A DNA stretch of 64,000 nt from Takakia lepidozioides (taxonomy: Eukaryota; Plantae; Bryophyta), in contig CM060732.1 in NCBI GenBank assembly GCA_030704615.1, positions 10,664,001-10,728,000 on the forward strand, written 5' to 3'. Within the stretch, counting starts at the first letter, position 1; every line of letters begins with the position of its first letter. Position numbers and translations under genes: made by a program. Below the pieces are notes generated by a model that saw only the letters and a program-made list of their open reading frames with translations, was not told where the DNA came from and did no database searches. Below, piece by piece: positions 1 to 13,633 of this stretch.

Positions 1-1035
1 GTTTGCGAAATGTAGATCGTTAGATTATACTCTGGTTTCAGTTGCTTCAAAGCTTTGACCTCTACTCTGGAGCTGGGATCCAGCTGGGAGCGAATCGATG
101 ACATTTGGAAAAAGAAGGGAAAAATGATATGAATCGAATTTGCAATGCCGCTCCTCACATCCAAATTTTTGCAGGGATTTGATAGAATAGGTAGATCTTG
201 GTAGTCGGTAGATCCCTCCTGTTGATCTCGAACTCTGTCCTATCTTATCTATGAAGTTTGGTATGACTATTGCTCTAAATTACGTGTACGCAATATCGTT
301 GCTAATCTTACGATCTCTTATCAAATTAAGACATCAATTGAGTACAATGACTAACCTGCTGGCCAATTGTGTGAAATGCTTTCGTTGGAAGACTCAATTG
401 AAGAAGGATGTCCGACCACCCCGTCAATCTCGATCCAAACAATATCCCTCTATAGAAAGTTCTCGTGTGAGCATACCACAATTTTCTTCACATTGGCAGC
501 GTTTCTCTGAATTTGGCCGTCGTTCCGGGTTCCCTGAATTCCCACTTCCTTGGTCTTTTCCTTTTTACAAGTAGTCTATCTTCCAATGCAAAACAAAGAC
601 ACGTGAAAACCAAATATATACAGAGAGTGAGAGTGAGGAAGCCACTGCTTACTTGAAGACACTGAGGGAGGAGATGGTAGCCATGAAATGCGAGACAGCC
701 AGTAAAGAGCAAGTTAGTTATAACAAACAAATGATAACCAAATTTGGCGAACTTTCTCATACCAACCGTAGAATTTGGATACTGATTAATTAGTCGAGGT
801 TTTGGCGAAGATCCAGGGCTTGTTGATTTTGCGCGGGAAGAAACAGTGGATGGAATCTACCTAAATATTTTGTGTATTGTGGCTGATCAATACAGTTCGG
901 AGTGAGCATTCAAGGCATGCCGTTACTGCGATCTTGAAGCCTGGCTCCTATTGTGCAGCTGCAGGATCCGGCGACAGACTCCTGCGAGGATTGCTGCTGT
1001 TGCTGCTGTAGCTAGATCAGCATTACGCTGCTGCA

Positions 1036-4000
1036 ATGGCTCCCAAAAAATTGAGCAATAAGGAAAAGAAAGCTCTAAAACAACAGGAAAAAGGCACTTC
1101 CCAACTACCCTTGGTTGTTTCGGGTCCACGGTGCAAAAACAGCTTTCTCGATCCTTTCCCCTCTTTAGGGCTTAGGTAATATGAATGAGGACAATAGTTG
1201 AGGTACTGGGGAGGGGCCCTAAGTCTGCATGTCTTTCTGCAAGTAGTATCTACGGGGGACGAGGCCCTTTGTTTACAAAGAGACTTTCTTCAGCAGTCGG
1301 TCAGGTCCGCGCCTGCAGAGTCCTTAATGTCACAGTTGTCTTCCAAGAGACAGAGGTAGGGGAGGGAGCAAGGCTTTGGCTCGCATAATGTGTGACACAG
1401 GTAACCTGTTGTGCAGCACAATTTGCGGAGATTGATCGCAGATTGGAGCAAGGTACATCTTTTGTGAACCGTTAGAAATTGGTGCGATCTATTTCCCTGT
1501 TTCGAGAGCTATTGCACTGTCGACTTTCAATTGTTTGTGCCTCCTTAAAGCTTGACTGCTCCGTCATCGACGTAGTCTCCAATCAACAATGGTGGGAACT
1601 GGGTGTAGAACGGCGGCAGAAGGAGACAGAAGAAATTGCAAGGCGCAAGCTGGCAAAAAAGCTTGCCTATGAAGCAGAGCAAGGCTGAAGGCCGAGAGGG
1701 AACGCCTGGCCGCCGAAACTGAGATGATGCGCACCTTCCTCGATTGGCGCGGCGCCTCCTTGGCTCAGCTTCAAGCCGAATCCCTCAGTGTGGCCAATGT
1801 ATGCACAAAACACTCCATCCCTGCCTTTCGAGTACCGGAAAAGAAAATTGTCATTGTGAGGTTGCAATAGACTCTGGATGGTAGAGGTCACCACCTCACG
1901 TCATATGGCCTCTCAAGAGAAATTTGATACTCACTGCATTTCCAAATGTCGAACCTTCCCTTGGTTTCGTTCATCCACAAGCTCAACACCGAGTGGCAGT
2001 GTACATACTTGTGCAACTAATACTAAAGATTGACAAAGAAAGAAAATGCACTGAAAGAAAGAATTTTTTGAAGGTCCACAAGAGCTTATGGGACAAGAGA
2101 AAGCACGAGAAAAGAACAAGAAAGAATGTGGGCTTCTGAATAAGCAGCCCCAAAGTATGTAATCAAGGAGATGGTCAAGAACCTCATGTACATGTGCTGC
2201 CAAGCATTTCTGGTCCTCGTAGTGAAAGTTATTAGCAAGGGATTGGCTGTCCTAAGTAACTACATAGTAGAGAGGACAATGGGGAAAAAAAAGTCTTGAG
2301 TCTCCAACCGTCCTAATGCCCAGAGAAGAGCTGGAGATAGAGCAGAAGTAATTACACTGTAAGATTCTAGCATCATAGAACCAGGAAGGTGTCATGGGAG
2401 AAAGTATGCAGTTTTGTTTTGAAAGAAATCAAGAAACTATATAATAGCTGGTGAAATGACCCCTACGAACCTGTGATGTTGGTGCTACCAAAGGAGCTTG
2501 ACACATACTGTATTTGATTATCATGGGAACTGGTGGGCAGTGGAGCCGATATTTAGATACTTCCGGGCTTCCAGATGCTTCCTCTGAGAGCTCCATCAAC
2601 TGTTATCTGGAGGCCATGTATTCTACTTTTGACACAGACTTCAATGGGATGCTGCAGGCCCTGCTCGATATCTACAAGGTTCTGTCCTTTTGCCTTCATG
2701 CAACGTGTTATAGCTTTTTGTTTGCATACTGGATGATAGAGGCCTGCCCAGCCTAGCAACTGAATGGAGGGTTGTTTCTATTGCTCCTCTGCAGGTGGCT
2801 GGAGGAGCAGAAGAGCTTGCCTTGGGGGAAGACCAGAAGGGAAATACTGATTTAGCCACCAAGTAACTCTTGCTCACATTAGAGCATACAAGATTTACAT
2901 TTGCTCTAGAGATCAATTTTAGGCTAGAACGAGTCTGGGCGTTTTTTGCCCAGTATCATGCAAGCCTTAAGGGATGGACTGCCCAGCCAGGTTTGTCAGA
3001 AAATTGTTGATCACCTTATCTCAGATATTTTCTCAGATGTTTTAGCATAATCAATCATGTGTCTGGGCACCTAGCTGTAAACTGGGCTTTCCTGTACTGA
3101 AGGCACTAGCATGTTACGATCAAGATAAAAGACATGCATAGATTGTTATGGAGGGAAGCCAAGGGCATTCTCCTGAAGAAAATGTGAGCATCCTGTCAAA
3201 GATTGGCAGTGTGGGTGTGGGAGGTGTTGTCCAGATACAGGAGCTACATGCAGAAGCTGGAACAGCTCGCCAACAAACGCCTGGACTGGACCACCACCTA
3301 TCTCCTTCAAGTAAACGGTGCTGTCTCTCATCACCCTGGCATGCATGCTCTCACATGCCATAGTTGCTGCAAGGTCTTCTTTGCAAGAAATAAATATTCT
3401 CATTACAGTTATCTAACCACTAGGTGGCCAATGCTGGCTTCAGTATATCCTGGAGTACTATTTTCTTTTTTGGTGCATAGCACCATTTGTAAGCAGTTCT
3501 TACTCAGCATGTTGGAACACTGCAGTTTCCTTGACTGAACTGAGGTGCAACTAAGTGGCAGACCAAGTGGCTAGGTTGTCCATATGACTTCTGTGCGCAA
3601 TAGGCATAAGCAGTGATCTGAAAAGTGGCATTTTGTCTACTGGTTGGCAGTGCTCATATGACATATGGAGGGATAAAGCAGAGAATATTGTGTGTGGTAA
3701 GGTTGGGGACTGGAAGCTAGCACTGTGGATAAATCATCCCAAAAACCCACGTTTACGTGTCCTGGACTTGCCTGAAATTTCCATCATCTTGAATCTTCCG
3801 AAACAGTTTGCGTTGGCTAATGTTCGCCCACTTGGTCTGTATCTTGAGCATCTTTCTGCTTGTGGAAGAACCTTGAGTGATTTGCATCCATCAAGGCTGA
3901 AAAGTAGCTTTATCATGATATGTTTCAAGTGTCACACCTCCTTCAGTAGGATATGAAACGACTGCAAGGGGAGGGTAAGGCTGTGGGTAGGAGTTAATGA

Positions 4001-7000
4001 TATGCAGGCTGGTTGAAATGCAGGGTGGAGTTTTCATGATTGATGTACTGGGCGTGCCACCTCCAGCCAAGGTTGTGAAGGCCTGGACCCTCGAAAATAG
4101 TACATACTGTCCTTGCAGGAGTTTAGGTCATCTTCCACTACATCATATGTGCCAAGACTCACTACACACCTCTCCTTCACCACAATACATGCTGCAAAGT
4201 TCAAATACAGGGAGCTCATCTGAAATCCTATCTATGTCTTGTGTTGCAGTGTCAGCTTCAATGGTCAATTTGGGATACCCCATTCCAGTTGTTGGCCAGA
4301 CAGTTGCTGCGGCGCAGTCGAATGTACTTCCTATTGGTGTCAAGCTGCACATCCCTACATTCATCATCCATTGGAATCCCACTCCAGAGATTGGGTGGTG
4401 GGATTCGGTATACCTCCTCTCCCATCTTACTATCGACTGCTCCAGAAGAGCATCTTTCAACGATCTTTCGTTGTCTGAGTAGATGTTGGGTTGTAATTTG
4501 TGTGGTATAGATATTTGAGGGGAAGGAAGGGCCTTGTAGCCACGTTCCTCACGTACTCAAATTGGACAAAACAAAGAGGGGTAAGGAAGACAAAGAAGGA
4601 GAAGAAGAAGGGTGCCCCAGCCACTCTTTACACTCACTGTATTAGTTCAACTATATCAGTAGAGAGAAAAGAAGGAATGAAGCCTCCACAAGGTACCCCA
4701 AGGCCCATGGAACAAAGTAGACCAACAGGAGAGATGGAAGAAAGAAAGAAGGGAAGGAGTTTCATAATGCCCATGGAAAATGTTTGAAAAATGATATAGA
4801 AGGTGAGAGACAGTAATAATATTTACAATGCAACTCTTAAGATATAATTCCAAGGTGTTACCTCCTTGACACAGTGGAAACACAGAGGAGGAGGAAAGAG
4901 CAGCGGGTTATGGTTCTCACTCGTGGTGGTTGCAACTACTGCATAAGCAGAGGGGACAGTGCTGGCAGACAGAGGGCATCACAGAGATTGTACATGAGGC
5001 TGCAACACACAAACTGACATTTCAGACTACAAAAGCCAAGCCACTGGCTATTGTGCAAGTATTCCTTCTAATTGCTAACCTCTACACACATGTGACTGAA
5101 TAAGACATGGGCAGATGACCCCCAGTGAGTCCCCAGAAGATGAGGGAATTTTGTTAGAATCTACAGTAGTCTATTTGCCAGCTTTTGCATGAACAAAACT
5201 AACCCAATCCACGGCAACATATTTTTTAAGTCTTCTTCACCCTGATCCCAATATCCTTGTCTACACAGGTGGGAAGCTGTTTTTCTTTAATACAACTTCC
5301 CATGCTCTCTCGTCTGGACCTCCTGCTTGTACCTGGTTATCACCTCTTCAACGATATCTTCATGCAAAATGATACCAGAATGTGATCATACAACTTGTGT
5401 GTGTGTGTGCAACTTAGCATTAGAAGGCTGTGGATTGGGACATGTGAATTGAGCTTCTGTTGGTCTTGCAATGGGGGCCATACTTGAGAGCTGGGACTTG
5501 GCAGCTAGTGGTTGACTGCTTGTGTATATGCAGAGCCGGGTGCGACAGTTGCCATACATAGCATGGATCATCCGCCCAACATCCAGCTGCAGTGGCCGAG
5601 CATGCAAACACCCGCCCTCAATATCTCCATTAGCATCGGGGATGGCTGGTGCCAACTGCTACACCCAGAAATTGCAGAATGCAAGGACATTCAAGCGCAG
5701 CACCTCCCTCCGAAAGTTCTACTTCAGGTTCTTTCTTCTTGTGAACCCACCATGAGGCCCCAAATTTTGGACTTTTACATATGGCTCATCTGCATATGTA
5801 GTAGGAGCGAGGTGTGTGCCGATTTGAGATTCCACGTGAAGCTAAATGTTGGAGCCTACATGTGCATGACTGGGGTGGGCTGAGGGGATTGTCAGATTTG
5901 CAAAATATGGGCAAGGTTGGTGCAATTACCTGCTAAATATTGGATCCGACAGGGCTCATTATTGTGGGCATGCAGCATTTGTCTCGATGCGGCCGGAGTT
6001 TGCTAGGATGATGATGCTCCATTTATTAATGCTCTCATCAAGGTAAGACTTCATCTGCTGAGGAGTGGCATGAGGTGTTGCAGATCCAGCCATAGGTGCC
6101 TCTACCTGAGTTTCGGGTAACTGAATATGCACGGGGACCATAGGCACTTTCACGGAGAAAGAAGCAAAAAAAGCAATCCATATGCCATAGACATGACATG
6201 CAAATGACCATTGTTGAAAATGTGGTGTGTTCTATGCGTGTAATTGGATCATCCACGTTTGTTGAGTGACTGTGTAAGCTAAAATACAGTGCTTTTTGGA
6301 GGGGAAGCCACGCAAGTCATGTGCTATTGTTCGTTAGAGTATCCAGTATGGGTCCACATAATGGGTCTTCGTTGTACAGAATGCACCATGGACATTGCAG
6401 TCAACTGTGCAATTCCATTGAAGTGCAACATTTAGAGGAACTAGGAAAGATTAAGCAAAAGTCAGAAAGTGAAGAATGGGCCAAACAGCTGTCAACCTTG
6501 TCCATCGCTGACCTGCTTCACTAGGCAGAACCCATGCAAACTTGTGGGGTGCTGGTCAATCCCGACATAGGAGCCTGGTGAGAGTCAACTTGCTGAATCA
6601 CAAGCAACTTCATAACAAAGGTAGACGATCTGTGTACCCAAATATATCTGACAACAGTTCCACAAGCGCTTTGCTGACATTATCTATATCTGCTGGGTTG
6701 ATGCTGAGCTATGAAAGGATGTGGAACTGGAGAAATTGATATGCCGAGATGTGGCCCTGGCAGTGCCTGCCTTTACACTGGCTAGCAGCCCAATGAATTC
6801 AACTGTAGGTAGGGAAGTGTGTATTGTGCGCATTCAGGAAATTCCTGAGCCTCTGTATCCACCCACTCTGGAGAAGGTACATCGTCTTACCCAAACTATC
6901 ATATCTTCTTGTAAAGTTGTTTCCATGTCTCTGTGACACAGGCTACTTTCCCTGCTCTGCTCCTATTCCTTTGTCCCCATTTGCTCTTCCGAAGACAATA

Positions 7001-7601
7001 GGTAAAATATCCATAAAAGATTCAATGTAGAGAAGACTCGATACACTTCGTAGTCCTTTATGCAAGTGATGGTGGGTTATGCATGATCATGGGCAGAGCA
7101 AAGTGGTGAAAACATTGGTTTATAAGATCAAGGGTAGTGCAGTGCTGGATTACTCTGACAAGCTTGCAGACTACTCCGAGCATGTCACCACCTTGCTTTC
7201 TGACAAGCTTGCCACGGTATTACTTACATCCTCCACCCTGGGACTCTTCATATGGCCAGCAGCTGACTGGAAATGTCTTGAAAAACCTTTCATGTGAGAC
7301 TCCAAGCAGCAAGCGATGGAGCCCTAGCTATCTTCCAAACATTTGCAAACTGCTATGAAGTGTTGAAAGAAGAGTCCAAAGAAAATTAAAATTCATATAG
7401 TCATCCCAAAAGTATCAATTCCAGCAGTTTACCAAGACTTTCACTATGTCCGTTGTGCAGTACCATGCAAGTGTGCTTGTGACTTTGCATGGCTATTGCA
7501 CGGATACTTCTCTGCACAAGATGGAGTCAGGCTTTGTTGGCTTCACTGAATGTGTCAAAGACCTGGCATATGCACTGCGACTGTTCACCTTTGGACCTTG
7601 A
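1036..7601 (+). pseudogene. DNAI7: CASC1/IC97-family axonemal inner-arm dynein intermediate chain gene, multi-exon, with at least two frameshifts (pseudogene or assembly errors)
   Basis: Spliced pieces give MAPKKLSNKEKKALKQQEK (1036-1093), ERRQKETEEIARRK (from 1609), WSRYLDTSGLPDASSESSINCYL (2541-2678), RYRSYMQKLEQLANKRLDWTTTYLLQ, WKLALWINHPKNPRLRVLDLPEI, GGVFMIDVLGVPPPAKVVKAWTL, YPIP...GWWD, WQTEGITEI...LAIVQ, SRVRQLPYIAWIIRP, LEKLICRDVALAVPAFTLASS and YHASVLVTL...ALRLFTFGP* (TGA 7599-7601). Order and motifs match the Casc1 N- and C-terminal regions. Frame breaks near 1685 and 5600. Confidence 0.85.
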
Positions 7602-8598
7602 GTGGGATTGGGTTAACAGTGAATGAGCACATATGTTACAATCCAGTCATAACTCCCTTGGTATGAAATGTGTCAGAGTGTGGTATGGTGCCGGTAGGAA
7701 GTGGCATATCACAGGGGAGCTTGCCTCATCCATGGGCCATCAGTTAAATCGTATTGGCATATAAACCCCGATGATCATGGGATTGAGGGTTTGTTGTGAA
7801 AAGGGAAATCAATTGAAGATTTGGGTTGGAAAAGTATGATGGTGATATTGCGAGATATTGCCCCAAGAAGAGTCCCAGAAGATGTGGCTTCATGATGCAG
7901 GCTGTATGAAGAGGCCACTCTCCAACTCTAGAGTGATACTGATAACCACCTTGCAAGAAAAGAGCCTATCTATCCATTGCTGTGATTATTCCTTTCACTC
8001 AATTCCAGGTTCAATTTCATCTTGGTGTTTTGCCGTGAGAGGCAAGTGCAGGATGGACTGTTGCAAGGTGAGGTGAGTGGATCTTGATTCCTTGCGTTTC
8101 CAAGTATGGCTTGATAGTTCACTGCGCTGTGCTATTCCTAGCAGACAACTAAAATTCCATCACTGCAAGCACAGGACATGTTAGATACTAGGAAACTACT
8201 GATGCCTATCAATATAATCGAACAGAGGGAGTGTTTGACATGCACTTACAAGAGTTTAGTTTCACTAAACAATAACATACAAGTCTGCCCATACATCGGC
8301 CTCCTTAATGAGTGAATGGTATGGTGGGATACACCAGATAAGGGAGCTCCAATGAAATGAGCCCTCTTGCGGTTGCAAATTTCGGGAAGCAAGTTCAGCC
8401 TCTGAGTGAAGACCAATCATGGGCCACTGCCCTCTGCAGCATTTTGGCACAGGGTGCAGGCTTGCACCTCTCAATAAGGATTGTTGGCCTGATGGGAGCC
8501 ATAGCCTACACGGATGCAAGCAAGGATCAAGGGCCACAATGTATGGGGCCAGGGTGGGATTGCTCATGTAGACATGGTACTACCCGTGTGAGTGCATT

Positions 8599-9965
8599 TT
8601 AAGACCGACTCCACTTGGGTCTTTTTAGCTTGTTTTCCTCAGCTAGTCGCCGTTCTCTCATTTGATAAGCCTCCTCTTTCAATAGGGCGGCATATTGGGT
8701 GCCTATACAATGCCGTTTTTTCTCTGGTGAGGCTGACCTACTGGGAGGTTTACTGCCACAGCCACTGCTGCCACCACTGCTGAAGCATATATTGACAGGA
8801 CCTCCTCCACCTTGCATTTTACCCATCCTGCTGTCAATGTGCAGATTATTGTCGTTGGATAGCTGCACGCCCACACTCATCCCTCGTGACCGCTTGGGCG
8901 ACTGCCTGGGAGAACGCCTTGTAGGGCTCATACTGTGCAGCCGGTGCTGACAATGCCCGGCCCCTCCTGAATACGTCTGTGGGCTTCGGGTCCTTGAGGC
9001 GTACTGGCGGTGCTCTGTGTTGAGGCCAAATGCAACATGGCCATGGGCATGCTGGCGGTGTAAATTCCGAACAGAACTGCCGGCAGATGGTGAATAGCAT
9101 CGCTGTGGACTCGCATTCCCGTGCATCTTTTGCCCACCGCCATTGATACCTTGGTTCAACGACATGAGGCCCACCAGTTGGTCGCGAGCGTCTGTGAGCG
9201 CCTGCGCCAACGTTGACACTACTTCCCAGATGCTGCCCAGATGCACTTTCCCCACGGCTTTGTCTGCATATCCACCACAACCCCTCCTACCTCTATATCC
9301 CTGCAATGTTCCACCCCCGAGACTGTATTAGCTCCGCTGCCCCATTTCTGCCGTGAATACAAACTACGATTCCTCCCTGTAGAGAACAAGCAGCCAACAA
9401 GAGGTGGCCCTTTCCGTAAGTTCAACCAATTGGGTGAGACCACTGCTTCCAAGGACACGTGATCCCCCACTCGCATATAGCATTACCCAGGTCCTATGTT
9501 TCCAACCCGCATGAACACCAACCCCGCTCTCCAAACAACCCCTGTCATTCCAACTTTTGACTCATCCGAAATGTGCAAAGGGTTTAAGAGGGCGCCCTTC
9601 CATATTGCTGGATCATCTGGGTGCAAATGGTCATGTGCCGACTAGTAAGGGATGCATTACCCCGCCCTACTTACGGAATTGATTTGCAAAGCAGGTCCAT
9701 TACAAACCCACTCACATGAAAATACAGAAGGACCGCAGATCAGCTGGTAACGACCCCTCAGTCTATCCCTGTTACCTACCCACATTACCAGAGTCACACA
9801 GCACTAGGATTTATAAGAGAGCAGACACATGCTAAGCAAAATTGGGACAAAGACGATCGAGAAACCAGAGGTAGAACCTGCTGAGAAGGCCCGCGCATCT
9901 CCACTAGTCTGGCAAACAGCCGCGGCACCGGAAGCCCCTCCAGCAGCAGTACAGCACTCGCTCAT
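8599..9965 (-). CDS. Hypothetical Ser/Gly/Arg-rich protein, probably multi-exon
   Basis: A 235-aa ORF (8599-9306) extends upstream to an AG acceptor near 9378. A candidate ATG exon lies at 9965-9878. TGGGCC site-II motifs occur near 10332. No recognisable domain. Confidence 0.3.
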
Positions 9966-10924
9966 CTGCCGAGAGAAAAATTACATCGGGGTTTGGGAAG
10001 ACGGATCAGCACGATGGCGCAGCTGCAGCTGAGATGCGCACTGAGTTTGTGATCTGAACCGACAACTCAAACGAAAACCCGAGCTCCCCACAGTGGAAGG
10101 GAAGAGTACCCAACGACGCTTGGCAACAGAGGACGCGCCCTGCGGACCTGGCGGCCGAGCTCGCCCCTTGCTCCCCTGCAACCGACAGCCCTTTCAATCC
10201 CCTCGCTCGCCCTTCCGCCCCCCACACCATCTCTTGGGGAGATCTGCTCCTTTGTCGATATTTTCTCTCACGTGTTTCATATTTCATTAGAAGAAACAAA
10301 AAAAAAACCTGCCCAAGAGCAGTGGAATGACTGGGCCTTTGGTCTGGGGTTCAAACCAGTGTTGGACTGCTATATAGTATACTGGCCGGGTATCAACCGG
10401 CTGGTATCTGCTATTGTAATACTATGGTTAATAAGGGGCCCAGAAAGGGGGTGTGGGGATTAGAGAGTGGTCCAGGAATTATGAAGCGGGAGTTATAGTA
10501 AGCTACAGCAGGAGTTCAATTAATAACTGTCACGTAAGGGGAGGGGGGAAAAAAGGAGGTAGGAAGGTAAGACCTATTAAATAGGGGATGGTTCATGGTT
10601 AGATTGGGGTCAGCGTGGTGGTTTATAGGAGTGATGTGTGTTAGCCTTCTAGAAGGTCCCACCGCTTCAGGGTGGGGCCTTCTAGAAGGGTCCCACGGCA
10701 CCACTAGGGTATATAAAGAGAGCAGGGCTCTCATCTTACTATCTAAATTCACTGGACGTTAAAGAATCTTTATCTTTTATCTTTATTTATTCTTATTACT
10801 TACTATTCACTACGTACTAGTACCTAGGGGCCTCTACACACGCCCCACTAGGGTATATAAAGAGAGTCGGGCTCTCATCTTACTATCTATTCTTACTACT
10901 TACTAGTACCTACGGGGCTTTGCA

Positions 10925-11106
10925 CACAAATTGTGTGGACAGTGGAGATCGGCCGCCACAGCAACAGAAGCTGAGATAGCATTCATGTCAATCAGATCAT
11001 GGTGGATATCATCGGGAGCGGCAACCAAAGAAGATATTCCCGCCCTAGATAGCTGGCTTTCGTGGTGGACGTACCGGTATGCCCAGCTCGGGTCATTCGT
11101 GAGGGA
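10925..11106 (+). mobile_element. Fragment of a probable DNA-transposon protein (MULE/SWIM-like) lodged in the LTR region
   Basis: HKLCGQWRSA...IRSWWISSGAA...LDSWLSWWTYRYAQLGSF resembles a repetitive bryophyte TE protein motif (from memory) and is followed by a GTAAGA donor. Confidence 0.35.
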
Positions 11107-13453
11107 GGTAAGAATGCAGGTGCCAAAGTCACCACTACTATATCCATTGCTTTTGCGGTTGCTAACGTGAGCAGATGATGGGTGGACTGTCACCGTCAGA
11201 ATCGGTGCTCGGGGAGTCTATGCCGACTTCCCACCTCCGGCATCATGCATGTCTGGTGCGTGATAGGGAAGTCTGCACCGACTTCGCATTGGCTATTTTG
11301 ACAGTGTGTCCAGCCACCTCTTTAAGTCTGCACCGACCTCCCTTGGCAATGCTCCGGGAGTGTAGACAGGGAAGTTTGTGCCGACTTACCACTGTGTTAT
11401 TACTATACTGTTCCCCTAACCCAGTGCAACTCCATGTAGCCTTCCCGTCCTTCCCTGTCACATGGAAGTCTGTGTCGACTTGTCAGTGGAGTGCCACTGT
11501 GCCCAGGCACGTTTGCGTGTGTGCAAACTTCCCATGTGCAAACAGGGAAGTCTGTGCCGACTTACCACTGTGGTTTTCTGATTCTGTGTCCACAACCCTC
11601 TGTAAGTCTGTGCTGACTTCCCATGTCGCCGGAGTACTGTCAGGGATGTCGGTGTCGTCTTTCCAGTATGTTTATTCCGTTTGTCTGCCTCTGAACAGAG
11701 CACCAACCAAGGCGCGTGAGAGTGTCAGTTCCCCGCAATCAAAGATGGTCGTCCTGGAGGCCTCCCCTGCTACTATGCCTAGTAAGAAAAAGAAGGCCCG
11801 TGAGTGGGCAAAATAGAGGGCAAAAGAACATGCGAGACAGAAAGCTAGCCATGAGGCAAGAGAAAAGGCCACTGAAGAGGCCAGGGATGTGGAGATGACA
11901 GATGCCCATGTAAGCGAGGGACGCACAGAAATGGTGGATCCCTCCAAGACAGCAGAAACAGGCAGCAACACACTGGCTGCATCCTTACCGGTTACACCAT
12001 CGCGGATGGGAGCAGCCCCGCAATTACCCATACGGTGGAGACTGGGGGAGAGTCTTGGGACTCATCACGGTCCAAGGGGACCGTGGTGGGTGGGCCAAGA
12101 CTCATCGCGACTCATCACCGGGAATCGAGGGTTTTTGTGGTGGTTTGCCATAAAATGGTGTTGTTGTTTGTGAAACCCCCGCGGACAGTTACAAAAGTAT
12201 ATATAGGGAGTAGTAACCTCGAGAACGGTGCAAGCCCGTTGGTGTCCAAAAACTAGTGAGTAAGCGTGCGAGCCGGAAAGCGACCAAGGTGTGGGGAGCT
12301 ATTCCGGACTTCCATCGACCAAAGGGAATTTCCACTAGGTCCATTGGGAGAGGGTCTAGTGGAGGAGTAAAGGGGGGCCGTTATGCCCCGGTGAGCAGCC
12401 GAAGCTCCGAGTTGGCCTGGCGGCCAGTTTGGGAGTTAGGCGCGCGCATCAAGCGAGTAACTATGACTTGAAGGGGAGCTTACCGAAGTGAGGTGCGCGA
12501 CACTTGGTATCAAAGCTTAGAGTTCAGTACGCGATCGTCCTTGGGATCAGCCTCATCATGGGGTCGGGCAAGCCAAAGCGAAAGCGGAACGGCCCGAAAG
12601 ATGATGATCCTGCTGAGCCCGATGGGGGCGACGTGTCACCGAAGCGGCCATTTGAGGAAGCGATGCATGCCTTTGGAAGCAAGGCCGCTCAAGGACGGGA
12701 GGAATCTGAGGAGTCGGAGTCCGAGGAATCCCTGAGAGCTCCGACAGACCAACAGATGCCTCCCATGCCAACAGCCTTTTGGGAAGGGTTGTTGGCGCAG
12801 TTTGGTGGGACGTTGAAAGACGTGTTAAAGGTGACTAATGTCACTTCCACTAAGGCAAAGTTTAAGGTGAAGCCTAAGGAACCCGGCACCTTTGAGGGCG
12901 TCCAAAATTGGAAGGCACTCAATACCTGGCTCTTGGAGCTAGAGCAGTACTTCCGGGCGGCCAAGTTGGATGACGAGGATCGGGTGGAAGTGACTCCCAC
13001 CTATTTGAGGGGCTATGCTCAACAATGGTGGCAGAAACGCCTTCACAACCGAGGCCCAAACCCGAAGACCTTGAACTGGAGTGGGTTCAAGGAACTCATG
13101 AAGAGACAGTTTGTGCCCCTCAACGCGTCCTAGCTCGCCCGGGACAAGATGAGGAATTTGAAGCAAACGGATGACATTCGGGGATATGTTCAGGCTTTCA
13201 ATGTGTTGTTGCTCGAAGTCGCGGACATGGCAGAACCTGAATCATAATAATTATACTAGGGCTATGCGTTGCTCTACACTACCAGTGACAACTTCTGAGA
13301 ACAATGATTCGGGTGTGTATGCAGTGAGAGAGACAAAGAGAGAGCAAGTTGATGAAGGGTGCTGCAATCATGGGCAATAACTTGCATTGTGCACACCAAC
13401 CATCCACAACAACACAACCGTTTTTTTGGTGGGTTCATAGAACCCAATTATTA

Positions 13454-13633
<180 letters not shown>

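Noticed and set aside
1-900. Short ORFs 251-574 and 488-760, and a tggtatgaga PBS-like word
   Set aside because: No recognisable domain, LTR boundary or splice support.
4143-4460. 105-aa minus-strand ORF
   Set aside because: It is the antisense shadow of the CASC1 exon encoding YPIP…GWWD.
4501-4873. Possible solo LTR in a CASC1 intron (TG…CA, purine-rich)
   Set aside because: No convincing 5-bp TSD and no second copy in the window.
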